Shown piece after piece: positions 46,970-55,834 of a DNA stretch of 64,000 bases. The stretch's first letter is position 1; the number at the start of each line of letters is the position of its first letter. A program made the position numbers and the translations under genes. Origin of the DNA: Spartobacteria bacterium (GTDB lineage Bacteria > Verrucomicrobiota > Verrucomicrobiia > Chthoniobacterales > UBA6821); the NCBI GenBank assembly GCA_947471565.1, contig CANIVT010000005.1, forward strand, positions 9,014 to 73,013. Reading direction: 5' to 3'. The notes beneath the pieces were generated by a model. That model saw only the letters and a list, made by a program, of their open reading frames with translations. It searched no databases and was not told the origin of the DNA.

Positions 46970-48025
46970 ATGGCTTCCCGCAAAAGCTACGACGAGCGCT
47001 TCATGAGGATCGCCCTTACCGAGGCGGCAAAGGGTCTCGATCGCACCACCCCGAACCCCGCTGTAGGTGCGGTTTTGGTTAAGGAGGGCCGTGTTCTCTC
47101 AAAAGGTTATCACCATGCCGCCGGCCTCCCCCATGCCGAGATCGAGGCCATCAGAAAATTGCTCCCTGAGTTTCGCCTTCAGTCTTCAGCCTTCAGTCTT
47201 CAGCCTCACCCGCTTGAGGGCTACACCCTCTACGTGACGCTGGAACCTTGCTCCTCACACGGCAGGACCCCTCCCTGCACGGAAGCGATCATCGCCGCGG
47301 GAATCACACGAGTGGTCTACGGGGCCACCGATCCCGACGAGCGTCACCTGGGGAAAGGAGCCAGAATCCTCCGCAAGGCCGGAATCGAGGTCGTCGACGG
47401 GGTGCTTGCCGACCAATGCAAGGCCTTGAACACGCATTGGAATCACCGCACCGCCTCGGGTATGCCATGGGTGATCGCCAAAGCGGGTCTGTCGCTTGAT
47501 GGCCGAATCGACTCCCCTCCTCACAGGCGCTGGATTACCTCGGTGGCGAGCCGTCGGGAGGCCATGAAACTGCGGGCCTCGGTGGAGGCCATTCTTGTCG
47601 GTGGCGGCACCGTCTGCACCGACGATCCCTCACTCACTGTGAGGGGCATTAAGCTTCCAAAGGGACACTCCCAGCCATGGCGGGTCGTCTGGTCCAAGAG
47701 CGGCAAAGTCCCAAAAAACTGCAAGCTGCTCACCGATGCTCACCGTGACCGCACGATCATCCTGAAAGGAATGTCTCTTCGCGCCGCGCTCAAGGAACTG
47801 GCACACCGGGGCATCTCCAGCGTTCTCATCGAGGGTGGCGGCCAGACTCACGCAGAAGCCTTCAAAGGGAAACTTGTCGACGAGGTCCGCTTCTTCATCG
47901 CACCCGTCATCCAGGGCGGGAAAGTTCCGGTCGTCAGCGGCCAGATCCCCCCGTCCCGACTCAATGACGTGACCTGCAAAAAAATCGGCTCTGACCTGAT
48001 GATCTCGGGACTGGTCAGGAAGTGA
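46970..48025 (+). CDS. ribD: bifunctional riboflavin biosynthesis deaminase/reductase
   Basis: PHAEIEAI and TLEPCSSHGRTPPC deaminase motifs plus a C-terminal reductase domain. Contains an in-frame repeat-derived insert; see the findings. Confidence 0.92.
   Translation: MASRKSYDERFMRIALTEAAKGLDRTTPNPAVGAVLVKEGRVLSKGYHHAAGLPHAEIEAIRKLLPEFRLQSSAFSLQPHPLEGYTLYVTLEPCSSHGRTPPCTEAIIAAGITRVVYGATDPDERHLGKGARILRKAGIEVVDGVLADQCKALNTHWNHRTASGMPWVIAKAGLSLDGRIDSPPHRRWITSVASRREAMKLRASVEAILVGGGTVCTDDPSLTVRGIKLPKGHSQPWRVVWSKSGKVPKNCKLLTDAHRDRTIILKGMSLRAALKELAHRGISSVLIEGGGQTHAEAFKGKLVDEVRFFIAPVIQGGKVPVVSGQIPPSRLNDVTCKKIGSDLMISGLVRK
47176..47205 (+). repeat. heptamer repeat (cttcagt cttcagc) x2 inside the ribD coding sequence
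   Basis: Read directly. It translates in frame as RLQSSAFSLQP. Confidence 0.9.
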
Positions 48026-48758
48026 GCCTGCGTTTGAAGAGTTCCAGCGTTAACTCCCATCCCAGACGGGTCGCCGCCTCGTCATAGCGCAATCCCTCGT
48101 CTCGGGCGAAGGCGTGGGCGGCGTTGAACTCATGCCATTGGAAAGTGCGCTCCGCAGCCGTGAGTGTGTCATAAATCTTCCGGCGTCCCTCCGCGGGAAC
48201 ATGGGGATCCTGCCTTCCCCAGATGAGCAGCAACTCAGCGGTGATTTCGCTGCTGCGGGAGAGCGTGTCATCGCATTGGCCCTTTCCGAGCGTGGCGGTA
48301 TGGATGTCGGTCGGGTACCAGCACGAGGAGACCTGCACCCGGGAATCAAGGGCGGCACGGAAAGCAAGGTGACCGCCGAGGCAGAAGCCGATCGTGCCCA
48401 CACCCTTCCATCGGTAGTCTGGGCGAGACATGACGGAATCGATCAGCGCCATGGCATCGGAGTCGAAAGCAGCAACCGGCTTCTCGAACTTCAAGAAGTT
48501 GCCCCGATCCGTGCCCTTCTTGTCATAGGCCAACACCGTTCCGGGAGCCTCGTATTCGTGGTAGACCTCGGGCACCAGCACCTCGTATCCCTCGCAGGCG
48601 AGGCGTGCCGCAAGGCGGGCGATCGGCCCGGTCATCTGGTAAATCTCGGAGTAGAGAATGACGGAAGGCCACGTGCCTTCCTTGGGCAGGAATCGGTGGA
48701 CGCGCATCGCACCGGTCGGAGTCGGCAGATCGAAGAAAGAAAGTTCCTGAAGGGTCAT
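48015..48758 (-). CDS. dienelactone hydrolase family protein
   Basis: Alpha/beta-hydrolase with a GFCLGGHLA nucleophile-elbow (Cys type). 247 aa. Overlaps ribD by 11 nt, convergently. Confidence 0.83.
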   Translation of the reverse strand: MTLQELSFFDLPTPTGAMRVHRFLPKEGTWPSVILYSEIYQMTGPIARLAARLACEGYEVLVPEVYHEYEAPGTVLAYDKKGTDRGNFLKFEKPVAAFDSDAMALIDSVMSRPDYRWKGVGTIGFCLGGHLAFRAALDSRVQVSSCWYPTDIHTATLGKGQCDDTLSRSSEITAELLLIWGRQDPHVPAEGRRKIYDTLTAAERTFQWHEFNAAHAFARDEGLRYDEAATRLGWELTLELFKRRLTS

Positions 48759-48914
48759 GGCTGGTGAATCGAGGAATTAATATGAAACGAGCCCTGGGGA
48801 TGGGCGAGTTGAAATGCCGAAGGCAGCCACGCAGTGGCGAGCCTCGCGGGAGCGAGCGAGTTCAAAATCAGGAGTATTGACTCTTTCCTACGACCGAGTA
48901 GCACAACCTTCACC

Positions 48915-49454
48915 ATGAGTAATCCGATCATCAAAGCCGTCATCAGATCCAGATTTCTGCTCACTTCGAGAGATTCGGCTTCCGGGAACATCCGCAAAAA
49001 TTCCGATGCCTATCTCCTTCTGGCGCAGCACTTCGGTGAAAGTCCGGGAGCCAAACCGGTCACCGTACCCCCGATGATCGGCGTCGATCCAGAGATGCGG
49101 GAATGGTCTTTTTTCCAGATCCTGGAGCACAACGTGATCGTCAACCTCAGCATCTCCGCGATGGTGGAGGCCCTTGCGCTGGGGAGGGAGCCGACAGGGG
49201 CAGCCCTCATGAATCCCAAAACCGATGTGCTGCCCAAGGGATTGTCCGGACCGGAGCATGTGGAGGCATTCCGAAGATCCGTTGACGATCACCTTGCGAT
49301 AATTGAAACGTTTCCCTCTTTGAGGGGAACCGCCGAAACACCCCACCCCGTCTTTGGATCTTTTGACGCCCATAAGTGGCACTGCATGTTCGGCCTCCAC
49401 CTCGGACTGCATCTTCAACAGGCGCGAAAGATCCTCTCGTTGCTAGGCAGGTAA
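48915..49454 (+). CDS. DinB-superfamily / DUF1569-like protein
   Basis: The C-terminal HPVFGSFDAHKWHCMFGLHLGLHLQQ resembles the DUF1569/DinB His-rich helix pattern. The ATG at 48915 is preferred. Confidence 0.58.
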   Translation: MSNPIIKAVIRSRFLLTSRDSASGNIRKNSDAYLLLAQHFGESPGAKPVTVPPMIGVDPEMREWSFFQILEHNVIVNLSISAMVEALALGREPTGAALMNPKTDVLPKGLSGPEHVEAFRRSVDDHLAIIETFPSLRGTAETPHPVFGSFDAHKWHCMFGLHLGLHLQQARKILSLLGR

Positions 49455-49458
49455 TCCC

Positions 49459-50016
49459 ATGGACCTCCCCCTGCTCCAATCGTGGCTACCCACACCGGAA
49501 CCCGGTTTTCTTCCCGGGATGGCCCGCTTCTCCTGGGCTGACGGACTCCTCCGAATGGAGGCCCGGTTCCTGGGTCCTGCGCCTAAATCGGGGGCAACGG
49601 GGCACGGCCAGCGCCTCTGGGAACTCGGTGATGTGGCGGAACTCTTCGTCCAGAAGCTCGGGGAAGAATCGTACCGCGAATATCAGCTATCCCCAAACGG
49701 CTTCACGCTAGCCCTTCACTACCCGGACCTCAGCGGGGTTGCGGCGGTCCGCTCCGGCTCAAGAAAAATGGAGGACTTTCTCACCGGGGAAATCCCCTCC
49801 ATCGAAAGCTCCACAACTCCGGAGGGATGGAATGCATCGCTAAAGATTACCCTCCCTGCATCCCCCGGGGAGCGCATCCGCGTGAGTTGCTGTCGCTATC
49901 ACTATGCCGATCGAGAATGCGGCGGAGCACCCGTGATCTCGAGCACTTCCCCTCACCCCGTGCGTGATTTTCACAGACCGGGGGATTGGCGGGAATTCGT
50001 TCCCGTGGCAGGGTGA
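49459..50016 (+). CDS. hypothetical protein, possibly CBM9/DOMON-like beta-sandwich
   Basis: The W..GDVAELFV...YREYQLSPNG ... DFHRPGDWREF pattern is reminiscent of carbohydrate-binding family 9-like domains. This is a weak call. Confidence 0.42.
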   Translation: MDLPLLQSWLPTPEPGFLPGMARFSWADGLLRMEARFLGPAPKSGATGHGQRLWELGDVAELFVQKLGEESYREYQLSPNGFTLALHYPDLSGVAAVRSGSRKMEDFLTGEIPSIESSTTPEGWNASLKITLPASPGERIRVSCCRYHYADRECGGAPVISSTSPHPVRDFHRPGDWREFVPVAG

Positions 50017-50019
50017 TTC

Positions 50020-52236
50020 ATGCCTCCGCGCCGCCCCTTCCGTAAAAAGCCGGACAATGAGCCGGTGCCTGGAGGCCCGGACGACGCCCTGAGCGGTCAG
50101 GTGGAACGGGTGACCTTTCACAACGAGGAGTCCGGATTCTGCGTCCTGAAGGTCAAGGTTCAGGGACGGAAGGAACCCGTTTCCGTGCTCGGATCCCTCC
50201 CCTCGGTGGTCGCAGGAGAGTGGATCACCGCCCAAGGAACCTGGGAACGCGACAAGGAGCACGGCATCCAACTCCGCGCCGAGCGGCTGAAGACCCAGCC
50301 TCCGACTTCACTCGAGGGGATCGAGAAATACCTCGGCAGCGGCATGATCAAGGGAATCGGCCCCGTCTACGCGACCAAGCTCGTGAAAAAATTCGGCGAG
50401 AAGGTCTTCGACATCATCGAGAACCAGTCACGTCGTCTCGAGGAGGTCGATGGGATCGGGCGCGAGCGTCGTCAGAGGATCAAGGAGGCGTGGGCCGAGC
50501 AGAAAGTCGTGCGGGACATCATGCTCTTCCTTCACTCGCACGGACTCGGCACCAACCGCGCCGTGAGGATCTACAAAACCTACGGGGAGGAAGCCGTGGA
50601 ATTGATCAGGGCCGACCCCTACCGCCTCGCTCGAGACATCCACGGCATCGGCTTTCACTCCGCTGACGCCGTTGCCGAGAAACTTGGTCTTGAGGCCGAC
50701 TCCCTGCTCCGTGCGCGTGCCGCCCTTGAGCATCTGCTCGACCAGGCTACCGGCGAGGGACACTGCGCCCTACCGAGGCGCGACCTATTGGAAGGGGCAG
50801 CCCGCCTCTTGGAAATAGACGAATCGGTGATCGCCGAGGCCTTTGATCGACACTTGAAGGACGGGAAAATCCTCTCGGAGAACATCGCCGGGGAAGATCT
50901 CATCTTCCTCCCTCTCCTACAGGATGCTGAGGAGCGTATCGCCCGCCAACTACGACGATTGGCGGCCGCCGGAACTCCAGAGCCGCCAATCGATGTCGGA
51001 AAGGCAATCCCATGGGTCGAAGAGAAGACCGGCCGCAAACTCTCCCCCAGTCAGCATGAAGCGCTCCGCATAGCCCTCGGTGCCCGTGCCGTGGTGATCA
51101 CCGGAGGCCCCGGCGTCGGCAAGACCACTCTCGTCCAGTCCCTACTCAGGATCCTTACTGCCAAGAAACTGAAATGCCTCTTAGCCGCCCCCACGGGACG
51201 AGCTGCCCAACGACTCGCCGAGGCAACGGGACTCGAGGCCTTCACGCTGCACCGCTTGCTTGAGTTCCAACCCGGAAAGGGTGGATTCCAGCGTAATGCC
51301 TCCAATCCCCTTGAGGGGGATGTCGTCGTGGTGGACGAGGTCTCGATGGTCGATGTGCCGCTCATGAGTCGGCTGCTCGATGCCCTTCCCCGAAAAGCAC
51401 GCCTGATCCTTGTCGGCGATGCGGATCAACTCCCAAGCGTCGGGCCCGGCCTCGTGCTCGGGGACATCATCCGCAGCGGAATGATCCCGGTCGTCCATCT
51501 CCGAGAGATCTTCCGTCAGGCTGGGAACAGCCGGATTATCAGCGGGGCCCACTCGATCAACCACGGGGAAATCCCCGACATCATGGAATCCCCGAAGGAT
51601 TCCGACTTCGTCTTCGTTGATCGTGAAGATCCCGAGGAGTGCGCGACGACTCTGATCTCACTCGTACGAGACCGACTTCCGAAGCACCTTGGGATCGACC
51701 CCGTCGAGGGGATCCAGATCCTGAGCCCCATGCACCGCGGCAGCCTCGGCATCCGGGAACTTAATACCCGCCTGCAGTCCTCACTCAATCCAAAGAACCC
51801 TCATCGTGAGGAGCACCAGGCCTACGGGAATCTCTTCCGCACTGGTGACAAGGTGATCCAGACCTCCAACAACTACGACAAGGAGGTCTTCAACGGGGAC
51901 ATCGGCAGGATCAGGTCGATCGACCGGGAGGAGAAGCAGGCCGTTGTCCGCTTCGGCAAACGCGACGTCATCTATGAATTCGGCGAGATGGACGAACTGG
52001 AACTTGCCTACGCGATCACCATCCACAAAAGCCAAGGATCGGAGTTTCCGGTCGTGGTCATCCCGCTGGCGATGCAGCAGTATCTCCTGCTTCAGCGGAA
52101 CCTCCTCTACACCGGCGTCACACGGGGCAAGCGCATGGTCGTGCTTGTCGGCCAGAAGAAAGCGCTCGGCATGGCGGTGAGGAACGAATCAACCCGCCAC
52201 CGCCACGGAGGCCTTCTCCAGAGGCTGAAAGTGTAA
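50020..52236 (+). CDS. recD2: RecD2-type SF1B ATP-dependent DNA helicase
   Basis: 738 aa with Walker A GGPGVGKTT, VVVDEVSMVD, and a C-terminal ITIHKSQGSEF...YTGVTRGK. Confidence 0.9.
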   Translation: MPPRRPFRKKPDNEPVPGGPDDALSGQVERVTFHNEESGFCVLKVKVQGRKEPVSVLGSLPSVVAGEWITAQGTWERDKEHGIQLRAERLKTQPPTSLEGIEKYLGSGMIKGIGPVYATKLVKKFGEKVFDIIENQSRRLEEVDGIGRERRQRIKEAWAEQKVVRDIMLFLHSHGLGTNRAVRIYKTYGEEAVELIRADPYRLARDIHGIGFHSADAVAEKLGLEADSLLRARAALEHLLDQATGEGHCALPRRDLLEGAARLLEIDESVIAEAFDRHLKDGKILSENIAGEDLIFLPLLQDAEERIARQLRRLAAAGTPEPPIDVGKAIPWVEEKTGRKLSPSQHEALRIALGARAVVITGGPGVGKTTLVQSLLRILTAKKLKCLLAAPTGRAAQRLAEATGLEAFTLHRLLEFQPGKGGFQRNASNPLEGDVVVVDEVSMVDVPLMSRLLDALPRKARLILVGDADQLPSVGPGLVLGDIIRSGMIPVVHLREIFRQAGNSRIISGAHSINHGEIPDIMESPKDSDFVFVDREDPEECATTLISLVRDRLPKHLGIDPVEGIQILSPMHRGSLGIRELNTRLQSSLNPKNPHREEHQAYGNLFRTGDKVIQTSNNYDKEVFNGDIGRIRSIDREEKQAVVRFGKRDVIYEFGEMDELELAYAITIHKSQGSEFPVVVIPLAMQQYLLLQRNLLYTGVTRGKRMVVLVGQKKALGMAVRNESTRHRHGGLLQRLKV

Positions 52237-52304
52237 GGTTACGGGAGGCGGCGCATTTTCCCCGCCCCCATGACCTATTCCCGATTACCCACTCCCCAAA
52301 TCGG

Positions 52305-53168
52305 CTACGCCGCCTGAGGCATCATTCCATGATCGGAAAGACTCATCTTTTCCCTCTTGGCAAGGGCGCGGCGCATCTTGGCGAGGGCGATGTTCTGGAG
52401 TTGCCGGATCCTCTCCCGGGTCACTCCGAACTTCTCCCCGACCTCCTCCAGCGTGATGGGATCCGATCCCTCCAGGCCGAAACGAGCGCTGATAATTCTC
52501 TTTTCCCGCTCATCAAGCTGTCCGAGCAGGTCGCCGAGTTCCACCTGCAGGTTCTTCTCGCTCAGATTCTCAAAGGGATCGACGGCGGCCTCATCGCCGA
52601 CCAACTCGCCAAACTCGGTGGAATCCTCGTCGCCTACTGGAGCATCGAGGGACGTCGGGCGGATCGCGGCCTGCTTGAGACGGCTTACTTTGCCCGCGTT
52701 CATCCCGATCTCCTCGGCAATTTCCTCGTCGCTAGCCTCGCGACCAAGTTCGTCGCTCAGGGAAGCGCCGACCCTTCGGATCTTGGCGATCTTGTCGACC
52801 AGATGAACGGGGAGTCGGATCGTCTTACCCTGGTTGGCCAGTGCCCTCTTGATCGACTGCTTGATCCACCAGGCCCCGTAGGTGGAGAGCTTCCCTCCCT
52901 TGGCGGGATCGAAGCGCTCGACAGCCTTGACCAGTCCGATGTTCCCCTCCGAGATCAGATCCATCAGAGGGAGGCCGAGATTGGCATAGTCGCGGGCGAT
53001 CTTGACCACCAGGCGGAGGTTGGCGCGAATCATCTCCTCCTTGGCCTTCATGTCACCCTTGCGGATCTTGGCCGCGAGGGTGATTTCCTGCGCCGGGGTC
53101 AGCAGGGGATATTGGGCGATCTGGCGGAGGTAGTGTTGGAATCCGGCGTCTGAATCTTCGTAGCTCAT
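52305..53168 (-). CDS. sigma-70 family RNA polymerase sigma factor (RpoD/RpoS-like, lacks region 1.1)
   Basis: Regions 2-4 are recognisable: DLISEGNIGLVKAVERFD, YGAWWIKQSI, and an HTH (TLEEVGEKFGVTRERIRQLQ). Confidence 0.9.
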   Translation of the reverse strand: MSYEDSDAGFQHYLRQIAQYPLLTPAQEITLAAKIRKGDMKAKEEMIRANLRLVVKIARDYANLGLPLMDLISEGNIGLVKAVERFDPAKGGKLSTYGAWWIKQSIKRALANQGKTIRLPVHLVDKIAKIRRVGASLSDELGREASDEEIAEEIGMNAGKVSRLKQAAIRPTSLDAPVGDEDSTEFGELVGDEAAVDPFENLSEKNLQVELGDLLGQLDEREKRIISARFGLEGSDPITLEEVGEKFGVTRERIRQLQNIALAKMRRALAKREKMSLSDHGMMPQAA

Positions 53169-53290
53169 GGTGTGCGGGGGTGACGGTTGTGTCGTTGGTG
53201 ATTTGACAAGGCTGTCAACCCATGCGTTCGAAATCTTTTTTCACCCGTTTACAAACCGACCGTCCCGTGTGATGAGTTCGCGATAGATAA

Positions 53291-54826
53291 ATGATCACGC
53301 GCGTCTTTTCCGCAGCAGTCGTCGGCGTCGATGCCACCGAGGTGGAGATCGAGGTCAATACTGGACCGGGGGAACCCTCCATCATCGTCGTCGGCCTGCC
53401 GGATGCAGCCGTCAAGGAAAGCAAGGACCGGGTCATTGCAGCGCTTTCCAACAGCGGTTACCGCTGGCCCCGCAAACGTACCACCGTGAACTTGGCCCCC
53501 GCGGACATCCGCAAACAGGGGCCGAGTTTCGACCTTCCGATTGCCCTCGGGATGATCGCAGCAGACCGTGAAGAGGAGTTGTCACGTCTCTCCCGGTGTG
53601 CGGTCGCCGGGGAACTAGCGCTCACCGGGGAGGTTCGTCCCGTGAAGGGAGCACTTCCCCTCACCCTGGAGGCGAGGAAGCGGGGAAAGAAGGCCGTTAT
53701 CCTGCCGATCGCAAATGCTCGTGAGGCATCGGTCGTCGAGGGGATCGATGTCTATGGCGTCAGGAATCTGCGGGAAGCCCATGAGTTCCTTTCGCGGAAT
53801 CTCGAACTTGAAGCAGCGGCCCGGGAGGATTTCTCGGAGGAAGGGGATATCGTGCCGGGCGACGTGGATTTCTCCGAGGTGAAGGGACAGCATCGGGTGA
53901 AGCGCGCCGTCGAAGTGGCCGTGGCCGGCGGACATAACCTCCTGTTGATCGGCCCTCCCGGTTCCGGCAAGTCGATGCTTGCGCGTCGCATCCCGACCAT
54001 CATGCCCCCGATGTCGCTCGAGGAGGCGATCGAGACCACAAAAATCCATTCCGTCTGCGGGCTTCTTCCCGCCGGGGAGCCCGTTCTCCGGCACCGTCCT
54101 TTCCGCGATCCCCATCACACGATTTCCGACATCGGACTACTCGGCGGCACAGCCAATATCACCCCCGGCGAGGTCAGTCTTGCCCACAACGGAGTCCTCT
54201 TCCTGGACGAACTTCCCGAGTTTCACCGCTCCACACTGGAAGTCCTGCGCCAACCCCTTGAAGACGGAAAAGTGACGGTATCCCGCGCATCGGGCACGAT
54301 GACTTTTCCCTCGGCTTTTATGCTGGTTGCCGCGATGAATCCCTGCCCGTGCGGCCATTACGGTGACCCGAAGCGCCAATGCCGCTGCTCACCCGGACAG
54401 GTCGAGCGTTACCGCAGGAAAATCTCAGGACCGCTGCTTGACCGGATCGACCTCCATGTCGAGGCACCGGCCGTCGAGTACGCCGAGTTGACCGGCATGG
54501 CTCCGGCGGAATCCTCGGCAATCATCCGATCACGCGTCCTTCAGGCCAGGGAAATCCAGAGGAAACGACTCGCCCGTTCACGGAAAGCCACATGCAACGC
54601 CAGGATGGGCCATGCCCAACTGCGGGAACATTGCCGACTCGATGAGCGGGGAAATGAACTCCTGAAAAATGCGATGGAGGATCTCAACTTCAGCGCACGG
54701 GGATACGACCGGATTTTGAAGGTTGCGCGGACTATCGCCGATCTGTCGGCCAGCCCCAGCATTCTTCCCGATCACCTGCTCGAGGCACTGGGCTACCGGA
54801 GCCTTGACCGTAACCTCTGGGGTTGA
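53291..54826 (+). CDS. comM: YifB/ComM-family Mg-chelatase-like AAA+ ATPase
   Basis: Lon-protease-like N-terminal domain, Walker [21 protein letters not shown], and a C-terminal ChlI-like region. Confidence 0.92.
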   Translation: MITRVFSAAVVGVDATEVEIEVNTGPGEPSIIVVGLPDAAVKESKDRVIAALSNSGYRWPRKRTTVNLAPADIRKQGPSFDLPIALGMIAADREEELSRLSRCAVAGELALTGEVRPVKGALPLTLEARKRGKKAVILPIANAREASVVEGIDVYGVRNLREAHEFLSRNLELEAAAREDFSEEGDIVPGDVDFSEVKGQHRVKRAVEVAVAGGHNLLLIGPPGSGKSMLARRIPTIMPPMSLEEAIETTKIHSVCGLLPAGEPVLRHRPFRDPHHTISDIGLLGGTANITPGEVSLAHNGVLFLDELPEFHRSTLEVLRQPLEDGKVTVSRASGTMTFPSAFMLVAAMNPCPCGHYGDPKRQCRCSPGQVERYRRKISGPLLDRIDLHVEAPAVEYAELTGMAPAESSAIIRSRVLQAREIQRKRLARSRKATCNARMGHAQLREHCRLDERGNELLKNAMEDLNFSARGYDRILKVARTIADLSASPSILPDHLLEALGYRSLDRNLWG

Positions 54827-54830
54827 ACCT

Positions 54831-55676
54831 TCACCCCCCGGCAAACTGGGGATGCGCGGCCAACAGGGCGTAATCCTCCGGGGAGATGGGATCCCTACCA
54901 TAAAGCCGTCCCCGAAGAGGTGCGGAATTGGTCGAGGAACGGACTCGGGAAAGCCAGGCCCTATCGAGCGGAGCCCTCAGAAGATCCGGGCGGTTTGCCG
55001 CGACCGTGGTTTCCTCCTTCTCCCCGGTGGGCACTCCCCTGCCCACAAACCAACCGGCCATCAACATGGTCACCCTTGCCGAGGTTGAGCGGGTGTAGTT
55101 GGTGAGCAGGCAGGGTATCTCATCCCTCGCACTGGCCCGTAGTCTTTGAAAAGTCTCCAGATTCCACATCTCGGGATTACGGGCCGGCGAATAGGGATCA
55201 AACAGAATGGCCGACGGAGGCGTGACCGCCGGTGCCATCAGCGAGAAATCACCTCGGTGCAGGATCCAGCGCACTCCGGGGGCTGGTTCCGAGAACCCCT
55301 CCGCAAGCAGGCGCTTCACATCCGACTCCCATCCGGCCAAATAACCGAGTTCCCGGGAATGCCCTAGGGCAAACTCCAGAACCGCGGTATCGATTTCAAA
55401 GCTGTGAATCTCAGCCTCAACACCAGCTCCTTGTAGAGCCGTGATACAGGCGACTGCATTGGCCGCCGGGCCGAGACCGACGTCCCAGATGGCAAAGGGA
55501 CCGGGTCCATTCCATGTGGCACCACGCTCAGCGATCTTTTGCTGCCTAATGTGCAGTTGTGAAGCTTCCGTAACTGGATCGGTGCCAATATGCATCGTCT
55601 CCCCGTGGGCGACCGAGCGAATGCTCTTCCCTCCCCCTCGCAGGGTTACCAGTTCGAAATTCGGGCCACTCATCAC
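54831..55676 (-). CDS. MnmC-like (DUF752) SAM-dependent methyltransferase
   Basis: IWDVGLGPAANAV (SAM-binding loop) and ILFDPYSPARNPEMWNLETF resemble the MnmC methyltransferase domain. Confidence 0.6.
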   Translation of the reverse strand: MMSGPNFELVTLRGGGKSIRSVAHGETMHIGTDPVTEASQLHIRQQKIAERGATWNGPGPFAIWDVGLGPAANAVACITALQGAGVEAEIHSFEIDTAVLEFALGHSRELGYLAGWESDVKRLLAEGFSEPAPGVRWILHRGDFSLMAPAVTPPSAILFDPYSPARNPEMWNLETFQRLRASARDEIPCLLTNYTRSTSARVTMLMAGWFVGRGVPTGEKEETTVAANRPDLLRAPLDRAWLSRVRSSTNSAPLRGRLYGRDPISPEDYALLAAHPQFAGG

Positions 55677-55728
55677 CGGGAGAATGACTCCCTCCCGTCA
55701 TTTCGTCAAAATCGTCACAAAGATTCCG

Positions 55729-55757
55729 TTGCGTTAACATCCAGACTCCCTTAAATA
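55729..55757 (+). promoter_or_regulatory. candidate sigma-70-type promoter (ttgcgt - 17 nt - taaata)
   Basis: The -35-like hexamer is at 55729-55734 and the -10-like hexamer at 55752-55757, with an exact 17-nt spacer. No + strand gene lies downstream, only a terminator. Confidence 0.25.
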
Positions 55758-55777
55758 CAAACAATCTCTTCGGAGAC

Positions 55778-55834
55778 ATAACGCAGGAATCAGACATCGG
55801 GGGGTGTTCTGGATCCTGCGTTATTTTTTGTTTT
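55778..55834 (+). terminator. strong intrinsic terminator hairpin with a T-tract on the + strand
   Basis: A perfect 11-bp stem, ataacgcagga (55778-55788) with tcctgcgttat (55814-55824), extends inward with bulges. It is followed by ttttttgtttt. The stem contains the stop codon of the minus-strand esterase gene. Confidence 0.5.

Noticed and set aside
48790-48880. SRP-RNA-like string (gaaggcagcc) and GC-rich imperfect repeats upstream of the DUF1569-like gene
   Set aside because: Only a short resemblance to the SRP RNA domain IV consensus. The flanking conserved helices (the gtcaggtccgg type) are absent, and the region is too short and unstructured by eye.
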